Source: Stegostoma tigrinum (lineage: Eukaryota). From it: a stretch of DNA of 64,000 bases. Made by a program: the position numbers and the translations under genes. The stretch covers positions 130,195,178-130,259,177 of the forward strand of contig NC_081355.1 in the NCBI RefSeq assembly GCF_030684315.1, given 5' to 3'. Positions 49,950-63,432 of this stretch are shown here, in pieces; positions within the stretch are counted from its first letter, which is position 1, and every line of letters starts with the position of its first letter. The notes under the pieces are model-generated. The model worked only from the letters and a program-made list of their open reading frames with translations. It made no database searches and had not been told where the DNA came from.

Positions 49950-51222
49950 ATTTGGAAAAAGGTGACAGAATCAGTCATAGTCAGCATGGACTCACTATAG
50001 GGAAATCACGCTTGAGGAATTTTCCAGAATTTTACAGAATGTGACCAGTAGAGTGGACGAGGGTTAATCAGTAGATATTGTGCAACTGGACTTTCAAAGG
50101 CTTTTGACAAAGTTCCACACAAAAGATTAGCAAGGAAAATTAAAGCTCATAGTTTCTAGGGTAATGTATCAATATGGATAGAGAACTGGTTGACAGACAG
50201 GAAGCAGAGAGTTGGAATAAATGGATCCTTTGACTCGCAGGCAGCGATGATTGGGTACCCCAAGGTTCAGTGCTGGGACCCCAGCTGTTCACAACTTACA
50301 TTAATGATCCAGACAATGGAGCTGAACACAGTATCTCCAAATCTGCAGATGACACTAAGTTGGGTGACAATGTGTGCCGAGGGGCTGTAGGATGACTTGG
50401 AAAGGCTGGCTGAGTGGAAAAATGCAATGTAATGTGGATAAGTGGGTACTTATCCATCTTGGTCACAAAAACAGCAAGGCAGATTATTGACTGAATGGTG
50501 CCAATTTAGGATAAAGTGAAGTGCAACAAGACCTGGGTGTCATGGTGGAACAGTCACAGAAGAATGGCATGCAGGTGCAGCAGGCAGTGAGTAAAGCTAA
50601 TGGCATGCTGACCTTCATAGTGAGAAGATTCAAGTATGGAGTAGGGATGTCTTGCTGCAGTTATACAGGACGGTGGTCAGGCCACACAACTGGAGTATTT
50701 TCTGCAGTTTTGGTCTCCCAGTTCGGGGAAGGACATTCTTGCTATCGATGAAGTTCACCAGACTGATTCCCAGAATGACAATACTGACATACGAAGAAAG
50801 ACTGGATCGAGTGGGCTTGTACTCGCTGGAATTTAGCAGAATTTGGGGGGGGGGGGGGGGGTGGAATCTCAAAAACATAAAATCCTGCTGGGACTGGACA
50901 GGCTAGATGTGGGAAGAAACTCCCCAATGTTGGGGAAGTCCAGAACTGGCAGTCACAGTCTAAGAATACAGGGGTAAGCCATTCCAGGCTGAGATGAGGA
51001 AGAATTTTGTGAACCTGTAGAATTCTCTTCCACAAAGCTGTCAGGACTAGTTTGTTAGATGTATTCAAGAAGGAGCTGGATGTGGCCTTGTAGCTAAAGG
51101 GATCAAGGGGTATGGAGAGAAAGCAGTAACTGGATATTGAAATTGCATGATCAGCCATAAATATATTGAATAGTGGTGCAGGCTCGAAGGGCTGAATGGC
51201 CTATGCCTGGACCTATGTTTCT
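49950..51222 (+). mobile_element. CR1 LINE, 5'-truncated, decayed
   Basis: AFDKVPHKRL, tctccaaatctgcagatgacactaag, tail gcaggctcgaagggctgaatggcct...tatgtttct. Confidence 0.85.
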
Positions 51223-51224
51223 AA

Positions 51225-52118
51225 CACCTCCTCCACAATAATCCTCAACACCACAAGACTGCATACTTAGCACCTTATACGCTCACAACTATATGGCCAA
51301 ATTCACTTCTTCTTACAATTATAAATTTGCTGATGAAACCCATGTAGTGGGATTGATCTCAAACAATGAGACAGAGTACAGGAAAAAGAAAGGCAGCTTG
51401 CTGGCAAGGTGTAAAGGCACCAATCTCTCCATCATCACTAACAAAATGAAAGACCTGGTCATTGACTTCGGGAAGCAGAGTAGGGGGGTCATCCTTGTCT
51501 GCATCAATGGTGCAGAGGTGGTGATCAAGAGCTTCAATTTTCCAGAAGTAAATATCAACAATCTACCCTGCCCTCTTCCTGAAGCTACAGTCAAGGCGGC
51601 TCACCAATGTGTCTACTTCCTCAGAAGGCCAAGGAAATTTGGCATGTCCACAATGACTCTTACAATTTTTATTGATGCAGCACAGAAAAAGTGTCCTATC
51701 CACTACATCACTGCTTGGTATGGCAACTGCTCTGTCCGAGACTGCAAGAAATTATATACGAAGGCAGTCCAGTTCATCACAAAATCCAACTTTCTTTCCA
51801 TTTACTGTCTTTACTTCCCACTGCCTTGGGAAAGCAACGAACCTAATCAAAGACCCTTCCCATTGTCTTCCTTCATGCAGAAGATATAAAAGTTTGAATA
51901 CGCATACAAACAGATTTAAGAACTGCTTCTTCCCGCTGTTATCATACTTATGAATGGACCTTTCATATTAGATTTGATGTTTCTCAGCACATTCTCTGTA
52001 GTTGTAATACTGTATTCTGCATTCTGTTCTATTACACTGACGTAATTAGGGAAGGTACAATTCATCTGTTAACACCACTGTTTTTTGGTACATGCGACAA
52101 TATTAAATCAAATCAAAT
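51225..52118 (+). mobile_element. Rex/Babar-type LINE, 5'-truncated
   Basis: YKFADETHVVGLISNNETEYR...KMKDLVIDF...YFLRRPRKFGMS...ITAWYGNCS...NRFKNCFFP, and an (AATCA)n-like tail. Confidence 0.85.
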
Positions 52119-54013
52119 TCCAAGCAACTTCAGTCTAGGTCTCTACATTGATACTTAAGTGGAATTTCCAGTACCACCTTGATTCATTAGCAAGTTCCTC
52201 CCAGTCATTAGTGTCAACATAGGTGTGCTTCAACAACAGCTTCAGGATGCCTTTGCAGCATTTCCTTCATCCTCCCCATAACATCAGACATTTAAGAACT
52301 GAGGAAACAGGACCCAGAGGAGACATTTTCAACAATCTAGGTGTAGCACCCAGTCTATCATGGTTGATACTGCAGGAGCATTGCCTGAACGCTTGTGGAG
52401 CTGGACACCAAGGTGTCAAGTTGCATTTGATTTATTTTCATTTATTTTCTAAACCTTACTCCAATTCTCTCAAGTGTTTAGACTTATATTCAATCATCTG
52501 GAAACATTAATATTTCGAAGGAAATGGTGATAGGACTAGATCAAGCAAAATGGGAGGAGATTCACATGAAGCATACACACTGTGTGAAGTAGTTGGTCCA
52601 AGTTTCTGTGCTGTAAGTAATTTGTAATTCATGTTTTAATGCTTGTACTCATCTTAGAAATTATGCTTCCTACTTACAAGTGAAAATAATTTTTAAATAA
52701 TTTACACATTCAATGCATCATAAAATATATACTGTTATTTGTTTTAGGTTTTTCAATTCAGCTGCATCCTTTCATTTTTGATATATCATCCCTGTTAACC
52801 ACTACTGTGCCATTTTATTGGCTTCCAATACTTCTTTTTTGACAATTCATTCACAGGATGTTAGTGTCATTGGCAGTCTCTAATAGAAGTCCAAGGATGA
52901 TGATGATGATGGACACCTTCACAAACTACTCCATCCACAGTGCTGTTAGGAAGGAACTCCAGCTGTTTCACTCAACAGTGAAAGAGCAGCAATACTGTTG
53001 CAATTTGGGATCATGTGTGATTTGCTGAAGAAACTTGGTAGTTACTCTGTATGCCTGCTGCGCTTGTCCTTCTAAATGACAGAGATTGTGGACTGGAAAG
53101 CGCTGTGTGTAGACTGAGGTCTTAAATTAGATGCTTGTGAGCAGGCCGCTTGCACGTAATCTAGTTCAACACCTCAGCCTATTACTGAAAGAACACAGCA
53201 TTGTCAGAGGTGCTTATCTTCACGTGGCACAAAAAACCAAGTATTAAGACTGTGTATTCAAACAAGAACAGCAAGGTTTCCTCAACTGTTCAACAGCTTT
53301 TCTTCAGTAAAGATCATTCAAAACAAAACAACTGAACATTCATCTCATTACTGTTCGAGATTGTGCTGTCTGCAAAGAAACTGTCACTCCCCTCTGCAAA
53401 TTAAGAATGACTGCAGTTGAGAAGTAATTCAACATGCATCAAGTGTTTTGTGACATCCTCAATGACCTGTTCAAGTGCTGTCTGCATATAAATATGAGAT
53501 CCATTATTCCGCTCAATTCATGAATACCTTGTTTTCATTCTTAATGCATTTACAGATCAAATCCTGCATTCCCACCTGTATCAGTATTAAAACTTTTTCT
53601 TTAACCTAAATAGCAACCAACAATTTTTCCGGTGATGAATGACTTGCTTTAGATGAGAATTTTTTTTTCCCCCACAGGAATTTGTTAAGGCTTTATCCAG
53701 TGCAAGGTCAATTGAAAACTAGACATTAAACATGCAACCAAGGTGAATGAATAACATTTAAAATTAAGTTTATGGGAAGTCATCAAAAATTGTCCACTCA
53801 TTACAAAACTTACTGCTTGGGTGGCAAGGATTATAACACAAAGGATATGTCATCACATTTTTTCAAAAATCAATCCAAAAATATACCTCAAGCAAACTAT
53901 TTAGCCAATTATTCGAATATTTCTTGCACAGTAAATACACATTTGCAAATTCTAACTACACAGGAACATACAGAAAATCACAATAATTATAATCAAGGAA
54001 CATTAAATATTTA

Positions 54014-54155
54014 AGATAACAAAGTGTGGAGCTGGATGAACACAGCAGGCCAAGCAGCATCTCCTGAGATGCTGCTTGGCCTGCTGTGTTCATCCAGCTC
54101 CACATTTTGTTATCTTGAATTCTCCAGCATCTGCAGTTCCCATTATCTCTGATAC
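54014..54155. mobile_element. Near-perfect fold-back PLE mini-element (family A, lacks the ribozyme core) with 15-bp TSD
   Basis: 51-bp arms 54013-54063 and 54066-54116 with one difference. TSD AACATTAAATATTTA / AACGTTAAATATTTA at 53999-54013 and 54156-54170. Confidence 0.9.
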
Positions 54156-55269
54156 AACGTTAAATATTTAGCCAGTAGTTTTGTGGCACTGTGAAGTAAT
54201 ACATTTACAGCAGGCTACCACTAATACCTAACCTTACATTTCCGGTACATCTCAACTATTGATTAAAAAGTTAGTCCATGCACAAAGTAGGCAATACAGT
54301 TTGTGCGACCAATTATCCGATTCAACACAAACCTCCACTTTCAGTTTAACTAGAGTTGGAATACAATTCAACTCAACCAAATAGATTTATATGTATATGC
54401 TTTTGGTCAAGAGTTAAAAGATGCACGTGGCAGGAATTTCAAGGTCACAACTGTTCACAGCTCTTCAAAATAATTGACAGGTTTGTGAAAATTACACTTT
54501 CATTTGCTTGTGCTAACTATGCAAAGAATAAAAAAAAACGCACTTTTTAATCATAGTTCACACTAACAGTACATTAACTTCAACAATTGATCAGTATTAA
54601 AGGTCCATGTAGTTTAGTTATATTTTCCATTTACCTACTTTGGCTAATTGGCCAAACTTTCCAACTCTTATTTTTAACACTTTTCTGAGAAAGTAAACCC
54701 TGTTTTAATTACCCAACAGACTAGTCTGAAAACGTTTAGAGTTAATTTTAAAGTTACGAATCTAATTTACTACAATGAGATGACTTTAAATTAGACACCA
54801 GTTAGAGGGGAGCAATGTGTCCATCTCAAGCAGAAATTCGTTTCTTTTGTTGCTTGATGCGAAAACAGCGTTATTAGCCAATGAATTCCGATCCTACTCA
54901 TGCAATCATCTCACTGACAAGACTGACTGGAAATGAGAGAGGGGGAAATAACGCTTCTGTTCCTATTCGTATTTCGGTATCATCAGTAATCAGCGACTCG
55001 TCTACGGAATTTAATCGATCGTTCGAAAACATGAAACCCAAATTCTTGTCAAATACTTCCCAGGAAAGGAGTCCGAGGCCTCCGTGTTTGGGAAAGCCTC
55101 GAGCTGGAGTTGAGTCACCTTCTTCTCACAGTCCGAGGCCGCTCCATTTCACCTCACACCAGTTTGTATTTTTCTCCCCCGCCGAGGGAGGGGAAAGAAA
55201 ATAAATTTACAGACAGGAGAAAAATACACCCAAATCTGCCGGGGGATAAAGTTACGAAAAACTTTTTTA

Positions 55270-55740
<471 letters not shown>

Positions 55741-55796
55741 TTAATCTGTTTCCTTTCCTCTCTCACCGCTGCCGGCTGCAAGGTTGTATCTTTCCT

Positions 55797-55832
55797 TTAT
55801 TCCGCCCCGTGCGATGAAATGCTCTGTTTCAT
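55797..55832 (-). promoter_or_regulatory. Candidate upstream ORF (MKQSISSHGAE*) in the putative PARD3 5' UTR
   Basis: Minus strand GCACCACC-ATG-A (strong Kozak context). Stop TAA at 55799-55797, 140 nt before the PARD3 ATG. Only relevant if the TSS lies above 55832. Confidence 0.35.
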
Positions 55833-56196
55833 GGTGGTGCGAGCGGCCCCGCTCGGGTTGTACACGGCGCCTCTTCCTGCCGCCACCTGTTCCTGTTTGT
55901 GGGAGTGGAGCCGAGCACAGCCTTGCCGGAGGAACAGCCCAAAATCAGGGAAGCAAAACCTGGAGCACCCAGTGTCTCCCCGCCCTGGCCGCTCACGGCA
56001 CCGCAACGTTGCAAATCCAGCGTTCAGCTTCAACCACAGACGTGCAAAGCGCGTTCCTAGCCGCACAGACTGAGGTGAAGATAAATCATTACGGTGTTGC
56101 GCTGAGGGCCAAACTTCATCACTAAATACTGCATATATTCACTACCACGCTCCCAATGTCTTCCTTCCCTTGGAGATAGCAAGAACTGCACACATG

Positions 56197-56258
56197 ATCT
56201 GATGAAGGATCCCTGAAACTGCTTGACCTGCTGAGTGCCTCCAGCTCCACACTGTATC
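56197..56258 (+). mobile_element. Deleted PLE-terminus remnant with partial hammerhead-like core
   Basis: CTGATGA-AGG-ATC-CCT-GAAAC, then directly tgcttgacctgctgagtgcctccagctccacac. The cleavage triplet region is missing. Confidence 0.5.
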
Positions 56259-56279
56259 GACTGGTCCTCTCTCCCTTGC

Positions 56280-57640
56280 CGTCTGTTCCGTGAATTCGAG
56301 AGCTGGCACTGAGAGTGTGCAGGCAGAGCTGGATTGGGTGACCGGAAGACAATCAGCTATTGAGTGCATAGAAGACAATTCGCTCTTTCATGGAAGAGAG
56401 ATGGTTCCTTGGCATGACAAGTGCAGTAGTGACGGAATATACATGAAAGGAAATAGCTGTTTCTGCAGTTATGAATCCAGAAAGGTGTGTTGTCTCCCCA
56501 ATGCCAGAGGCCGTGATATATTGTGTGGCTACAGGGCACTTGGAAGGGGAAAAGTGAACAAGCAGAGGTCATGATCCAAATTAGTGGGCACAGGTAGAAA
56601 GAGGGGTGAGGTCTTATAGGAAGACCTTTGTGGGCTGGCATGGAGACTATCATTCAGGACCTCAAAGAATTAGTCTCCAGACTACCTCCAATGCCAAGAA
56701 TTAGATGGTACAGAAGCAAAAGCACAGAAAAATGTGTGGTTGGAGAGATGGTGCAGAAATGAGGGATTCCTACATCTCTGGGGATCGTTCATGGGAAGAT
56801 GGGACCTGTACAGGCTGACAGGTTGCACCATAACAAAGCTAGGACCAATGTCCTCATGGGATGCTTAGCTGATTGGCAAAGGTTGGGAAATAGCATGTAA
56901 CATTAGAAAGAAGAAACAAGGTCTGCAAAAGATTCAGAGAGATAGCATTGAACTAAGCAAAAACCAAATGAACTGCAGATGCGGTAAATTAGAAACAAAA
57001 ACAGAAATTGATAGAAAAGCTCTGCAGGTTTGGCAACATCTGCGGACAGTCATAGAGAGAAATCAGAGTTTAATATTTCAGATTGAGTGAACCTTCCTCA
57101 GAACTTCTGAATCTACTCAGAGCAAAGAAACAATAAAGGTGTAATACTGGGTGTTTTCTAGAGTTCAGAAGTTACAGAGGAATAAATTTGCAGCTAAATT
57201 ACACACAGAGATACAAACAAACTGAAGAATATTGAGAATAGGGGCTTTAATAATCCAGCTACATTTTGAGGTATACTAACAGTATAAAGAGCAGAGATGG
57301 AGAAGCATTTTGGAAATGCATTAATGGAAATTTCCTTGATTTGTATGTTCCTGGTCCAATGAGCTCAGAGGGCATTGTGGAACCTCGATTAAGGGAATGA
57401 GTTGGATCAAGTGTCAGTCAGGGAATGTGTAGGAAACAGTGATCATTGTATCATAAGATTAAATTGGCAACTGAAAGAAACAATATGTCATTTAGAGTCT
57501 AAATGCTTAATTGGAATAGAGCCAAATTCTGTATGGTGAGAACGGATCTGCCCCAGGTAAATTGGCATTAAACAGTAGCAGACAAAACAATGGTCTTATT
57601 TTTAAAGAAGAGCTGGAACAGTTGCAATCAAGGTACATTG
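56280..57640 (+). mobile_element. Decayed CR1 5' region (ORF1 SGNH-esterase-like and ORF2 endonuclease remnants)
   Basis: FCSYESRKVCCLPNARGRDI...GKSEQAEVMIQI (CR1 ORF1-like); ggaaacagtgatcattgtatcataagatt (G.SDH). Confidence 0.65.
56958..57110 (-). mobile_element. Family B mini-element with hammerhead-like core
   Basis: Minus strand AGTT-CTGAGGA-A-GGTTCACTCAATCT-GAAATATT-AAACTCTG and the family tail ...gcatctgcagttcatttggttttt. Confidence 0.65.
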
Positions 57641-57814
57641 TTAGGAGAGACATGGGTGGGGTAAGCAAAGACAAAAAACACAGAGAGTAAGATGCCGTCA
57701 GGTTGAGAAGTCCAGAGGGGGATGAAGACAAAACTGACAAATGAACATTTTAAAAATCCAAAAATCTTTAGAATATAAATAGGAAAGTGTCGTCTGTCTA
57801 AGTTTTTACAATCT

Positions 57815-58240
57815 TTGATCTGTGCATCCTTGCTTACGATGATCAGCCTGTATGACTCGTAAACAAAGCTTTTCACTGTACTCAGGTACACATGATAAAT
57901 CAATCAATCAATCAAATATCCCATTCTCAATTATTGAAGAACCCAACACATTAGTACAAAACATACAGCTGAAGACAGAGGCATACAGGTTACCTCGCAC
58001 AGGTTGTACACTAAGTGAGATCAGTGTTAGCAAGATCAGCATTATTTGAGCCTAAGGCATCTATTCATCAGTCTAATAATGGTGCATGTGTTCAAGCTTC
58101 TGTATCTTCTGCCTGACGGAAGAGGTTGTAAGAGGTCATTACCGGGGTGCAATGGGTCTTTGATGTTGACAGCCTTTCCACGGCAATGAGTCATGTAAAT
58201 AGAGTCCATGGATGGAAGGTTGGCTTCTATGATGGTCTGC
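57815..58240. mobile_element. Rex/Babar 3' fragments (plus 57815-57915, minus 58060-58240)
   Basis: aaagcttttcactgtactcaggtacacatgataaat(caat)n; ggatggaaggttggcttctatgatggtctg is the reverse complement of 36450-36480. Confidence 0.6.
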
Positions 58241-58244
58241 GCAA

Positions 58245-60455
58245 TTTTAACTATCTTCAGCCAGAAGTGTTGTGTGGATGATTCATCATGGCCTTCTCCT
58301 ATGATTCCAGCATCTCAGATACCATTCTTCAGCCAATTTGATTCACTCCACATAATATCTAGAAATGGTTGGAGGCTCTGGGTACTGCAAAGCCTATGGG
58401 CCCTGACAACTCTCAAGCAATAATACTGAAGACAAGTACTCCAGAAAATGCCACTCCTCTGGCCAAGCTCTTCCAGTACAGTTCTAACACTGGCTTCTAC
58501 TCAAATTTGGAAAATTGCAAAGGTGTGTCCTCTGCACAACAAGCTGGCCAAATCCAACCCAACCAAATACTATTCAGTCTATTCTCAATCATCAGTAAAG
58601 TGATGGAAGGTGTCATCAACAGTGCTATCGTCAAGCAGCACCTGCTCAGCAATAACCTGCTCAGTGATGTCCAGTTTGGGTTCTGCCAGGGCCACTCAGC
58701 CACTGACCTCATTACAACCTTAGTTCAAACATGGGCAAAAGAGATGAATTCCAGTGGTGAGGTGGGAGTGAGAGCCCTTGACATCGAGACTGCATTCAAC
58801 CAAGTGTGCCATCAAGGAGTCTTAGAAAAACTGGAATCAATGGGTATCGGGGAGTGTGAGGCCATGCAAAGGCTCTGCTGGTTGGAATCATACCTGGCAG
58901 ATGATGTTGTAGGAGGTCAGTCATTTCCACTCCAGCACATCTCTTTAGGAGTTCCTCAGGGTAGTGCCCTAGGCCCAATCATCTTCAGCTGCTTCATCAA
59001 TGACTGTCCCTCCAATATAAGGTCAGATGTAGGGATTGCACAATGTTCAGCATCATTCACGACTCCTCAGATGCTGAAGCAGTCCATAATGAAATGCAGC
59101 AAGATCTGGAAAATATCCAGGTTTGGGGTGACAAGTGGCAATTAACACTAATGCCACACAGATGCCAGGCAATGACCAAATAAGAGACAATCTAACCATC
59201 ACCACTTAACATTCAATGGTGTTACCATAATTGAATCCGCCACTTTCAACATCCTGGGGATTATCATTGACCAGAAACTTAACTGGACTAATTGCACAAA
59301 CACAGTGGCTAGGAGAGCAGGTCAAAGGCTAGGAATACTGCAGTGAGTAAGAAGGCATTTGGTATACTATTGGGTAGTGCATTGAGTACCGGAGTTAGGA
59401 GATCATGTACAGGACATTGGTTAGGCTAGTTTTGGAATACCGAGTGCGATTCTGGTCTCCCTGCTTTAGGAAAGATGGTGTGAAACCTGAAAGGGTTCAG
59501 GAAAGATTTACAAAGATATTGCCAGGGTCGGAGGTTTGAGCTAAAGGGAGAGGCTAAATAGGCTGGAGGTATTTTCACTGGAGCATCAGAGGCTGAGGTT
59601 TATAAAACCATGATGGACTGGATAGAGTGAATAGACAAAGTCTTTTCTCTGGGGTTGGGCAGTCCAGGACTATAGGGCATAGGTTTAAGGTCAAAGGGGA
59701 AGGGCCTATGGGGCAACGTTTTCAAACAGAGGGTGGCATGTGTATGGAAGGAGCTGCCAGAGGAAGTGGTGGAGGCTGGTACAATTACAACATTTAAAAG
59801 GCATATGGATGGGCATAAGAATGGGAAGGGTTTAGAGGGATAGGGGCCAAATGTTGCCAAATGGGACTAGATTTGTTTAGAATAACTGGTTGGCATGGAC
59901 AAGTCGGACCAAAGGATCTGTTTCCATGCTGTACATCCCTATGACTCTATGACTCTAAGTCAGATGTGTGATGGAATACTCTCCACTTGCCTGCTGCAAC
60001 AACAGTGTAGAAGCTTGGCACCAACCAGGACAAAGCAGCCCACTTGATTGGCACCAAATGCACAAACATTCACACCCTCCACCACTGACACTCAGTAGCA
60101 GCAGTATGTACTAGCTACAAGATGCACTGCCGAAATTCACCAAAGATCCTCAGAAGCATCTTACAGACCCACACCCATTTCCATCTAGAAGGACAAGGGC
60201 AATACATACATGGGAGCAACACCAGTTGCAAGTTCCTCTCCAAACCACTCATCATCCTGACTTGGTAATATATCACCATTCCTGCACTGTTGTTGGGTCA
60301 AAATCCTGGAATTCCCTTTTGAAGAGCATTGTGGGTTAACCCACAGCAGGTAGACTGCTGCAGTTCAAGAAGGCAGCTCACCATCTTCTGAGGGCAACTG
60401 GGGACTGACGATAAAATACTGCCCTGCCAGCAAAGCCCGTGTTCCAGGAATAAAA
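58245..60455 (+). mobile_element. Second copy of the APE-RT LINE family (RT half), interrupted by CR1
   Basis: 258-aa ORF with SKVMEGVINS, QFGFCQGHSATDL, LDIETAFNQV, GVPQGSALGPIIF. 3' tail gggcaactggggactgacgataaaatactgcc. Confidence 0.88.
59352..59957 (+). mobile_element. CR1 LINE 3' fragment nested in the APE-RT LINE
   Basis: ttggttaggctagttttggaatac...ttctggtctccc...; tail (ctatgact)2. Confidence 0.85.
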
Positions 60456-61472
60456 ATTTACACATGGAAGCAGACAGCGTGGTTGATGCACTTGTTCCAG
60501 AGAAGGGGTAAGTCAAACCCGTCTAATAGGATAAAACCAAAATACTAGTCGTACTAGAGGGTTCCCTTCTGAAACACCCAGAGAAGCTCGCCTCGCCTTT
60601 ATAATTTGTTAAAAGTGTGGTTAAAAATGAAAGAAAATCCCTGATATCCACTTTATAAGTAAGACATAACAATTTATTTATTTTTCTTAATTAATTTTAA
60701 AGGCCGTCTTACTTTGTGTCTGAATGTCAACTCAAATGGAGTAAACTAAGGTGATTTATTTGGGCCATCTCTAATGCCAAACATTATAAATGGGTCCGTT
60801 TATTGCAATAATTTGGCTAATCCTGGCAATAAGCCCTCAGCATGGTTTTTAGGGTCTGGTGCCACCTTCCCAATGCTCCCTGTGATTCAAGATGGTACAC
60901 ACTTAATTTAAAGTGTTTGATGCCTAAACTATTCATGATCTCCTTAAATAGTTTGGCAGTAAAATTGGACCCTAGTTCTGACTGAATCTCCCTGGGTAAA
61001 GGAAGCAAGCAACTCTTCCACCTTGACACTCCATAATGGAATTGCCTCCAGAAATCTGGTTGACACATCCCTTATGGTTAGCAAATACTGGTTTCCACTT
61101 TTGGTTTTAGGGAAGGGACCTGCACAATCAACCATAATCGGCGTACAAGTTTCTTCAAATGCGGGAATTGGCATCAAAGGCCTTGGTTTTATTACTGCAT
61201 GAAGCTTTCCTACCATCTGAGATGTATGACAGGTACGGCAAAATTCAACCACATCCTTATATAATCCAGGACTTTAGAAATGCTTTTGTATCTTAGCCTG
61301 AGTTTTCCTTGCTCCTAAATGACCCCCCACCAATAATTTGTATGCTACCTGTAATATTCCCGTTCATATGCTGCCCACAGCACAACCTGGTGAACCGCCA
61401 CCCATTTCTCCTCTGCACCAACCTGCCAAGGTCTCCATTTCCACCTTAGGATTCTATCCATAAAGTAATAAA

Positions 61473-61787
61473 GGGGCGGCATGGTGGCTCAGTGGTTCGC
61501 ACTGCAGCCTCACAGCACCAGGGACCCGGGTTCAATTCCAGCCTCGGGTAACTATGTGGAGTTTGTACATTCTCCCCGTGTCTGTGTGGGTTTCCTCCAG
61601 GTGCTCAGGTTTCCTCCCACAGTCCAAAGATGTGCGGGCGAGGTGGATCAGCCATGTTAAATTGCCCGTAGTATTCAGGGGTGTGTGGGTTATAGGGGGA
61701 TGGGTCTGGGTGGGGATGTTCCAAGGGGCGGTGTGGACTTGTTGGGCCAAAGGGTGTGTTTCCACACTCTAGGGAACCTAATCTAAT
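61473..61787 (+). mobile_element. HE1-type V-SINE inserted in the Gypsy element
   Basis: ggggcggcatggtggctcagtggttcgcactgcagcctcacagcaccagggacccgggttcaattcc; V-domain; tail ...tccacactctagggaacctaatctaat. Confidence 0.92.
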
Positions 61788-63087
61788 AACTTTCTGGAAT
61801 ACATTCTGATTCTTTTTCCAAGTAGGCTTTATGATATACATCTTTTATTGTCTCATCTTTTTGTTGTAACTCCATTAATCTTTCAGAACTAAACACCTTG
61901 CCTGTTCCTCTACCTGCCTAGGTTTTTCCTTTATCATTTCATCAAACAGGGTTTCAGTTAACTGGCCCTCAACTCCTTTCTCTTTCTCTTTAGTTTTTTC
62001 TTCATGCTGTAACTTATGACTGTAGGATCTTGTTACCATGCAGTCTGTAAAATTCCAGGGTATTTTTCTGTTAACTCCTCAGTTCCCTGGTTTTCCTTTG
62101 ACTTCTTCACTGCAAGTGCTGTCACTCCCACTCTTAATCCTGTTAGGTCATTTCAGAGAACAGACTCTATTCCTGGAATTGACAGTCTTTCAATCACTCC
62201 CACTTTCACATTCCCAGTCTTCATTGGACTTCCACCCTAATCTTACACAAAGGAAAGCTGCGTCTCTCTCCACCTATTCCACAGATTACCACATTTCAGA
62301 AGGAGTGCAAATAATTTCATCTCTTTCTATTAGAGACCAACCAGCTCCCATATCTCTCAATATTTTACCTTCTTTACCTTGTCCCCCTGCTCTTCCTAAG
62401 CAAACTCTACCCCCAGAGATGAGGATTTTGTAGCGATCAGGCAATATTTTACTATCTAGCCCATAACTAGGCTGTGCCATCTCCTGCAGCTCCTCAACTT
62501 CTTTTGGGATTTCCTTCACTACCTCAACCAATCTCACTGGTTTAGCATCTTTCACCACACCCTTTTCCCAGTACCTTTTTTAAACCACTGGCACTGTGAC
62601 TTTTTGTGTCCCACTCCAATGTAGAGACAACACCTGAGGCCTTTCACCTCCTTTTGCCCTCTTGGGTTTGTATTTTCATATGTGATAAACTGTTCCCAGT
62701 GTGATCTAATTTTTGTTTCTCATTAAAGGATCTTGTTCTTTCCCAATTTCCATCCCTCATGGAATAAAATTGCTGTCAGAAGCTAAGTTTTGATTGATGC
62801 AGTAACTCATAATCATCAACCATCCGTACAGCTCTCCTTGATATTTAAATGTTCTGTTCCACAATATGAGTTTTCATCATCTCTGGAAGTGAGTTTTTAA
62901 ACTCCTTCAGCAGAATAATCTCTCTAAGATCCTCTTACGTCTTTTCTATCCTTAATGCTCTCATCCATCTATCAAAGTTGTTCTGTTTAATTCTTTCAAA
63001 CTCAGAAGAAGTCTGACCTGGTTCCTCCCTTATATTTTCTGAACTGTTGCCTATATGCTTCTGGTACTAATTAGTAGACACTCAAAA

Positions 63088-63185
63088 TTTTCTGAAGGAG
63101 GGTCTTGGTCCGAAACGTCAGCTTTCCTGCTCCTCTGATGCTGCTTGGCCTGCTGTGTTCATCCAGCTCTACACCTTGGTATCTC
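63088..63185 (+). mobile_element. PLE mini-insertion starting 4 nt before a variant hammerhead-like core; 12-bp TSD
   Basis: TTTT-CTGAAGG-A-GGGTCTTGGTCC-GAAACGTC-AG...ttatctc. TSD AGACACTCAAAA at 63076-63087 and 63186-63197. Confidence 0.85.
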
Positions 63186-63432
63186 AGACACTCAAAAGAG
63201 CCTATCTTACTTCTTCATATTCTCTTGACACCTCCTCTGACAGCACTGCAAACACCTCACTAACCCTGCCTACTAACACGATCTGAAGAAACATTACCCA
63301 CGCAATCTCTGACCAATTCATTTGCCTGGTCAGTTTCTCAAGGGAAATGAAAAAAGGCTTCTACATCTTTATCATTGAATTTTGGTAATGTTTTGACATA
63401 TTTGTATATATCCCTACCATGTCTTTGGCTAC

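Noticed and set aside
52200-52440. Possible RTE-like LINE remnant (also about 12200-12440)
   Set aside because: Too decayed to support a call by eye.
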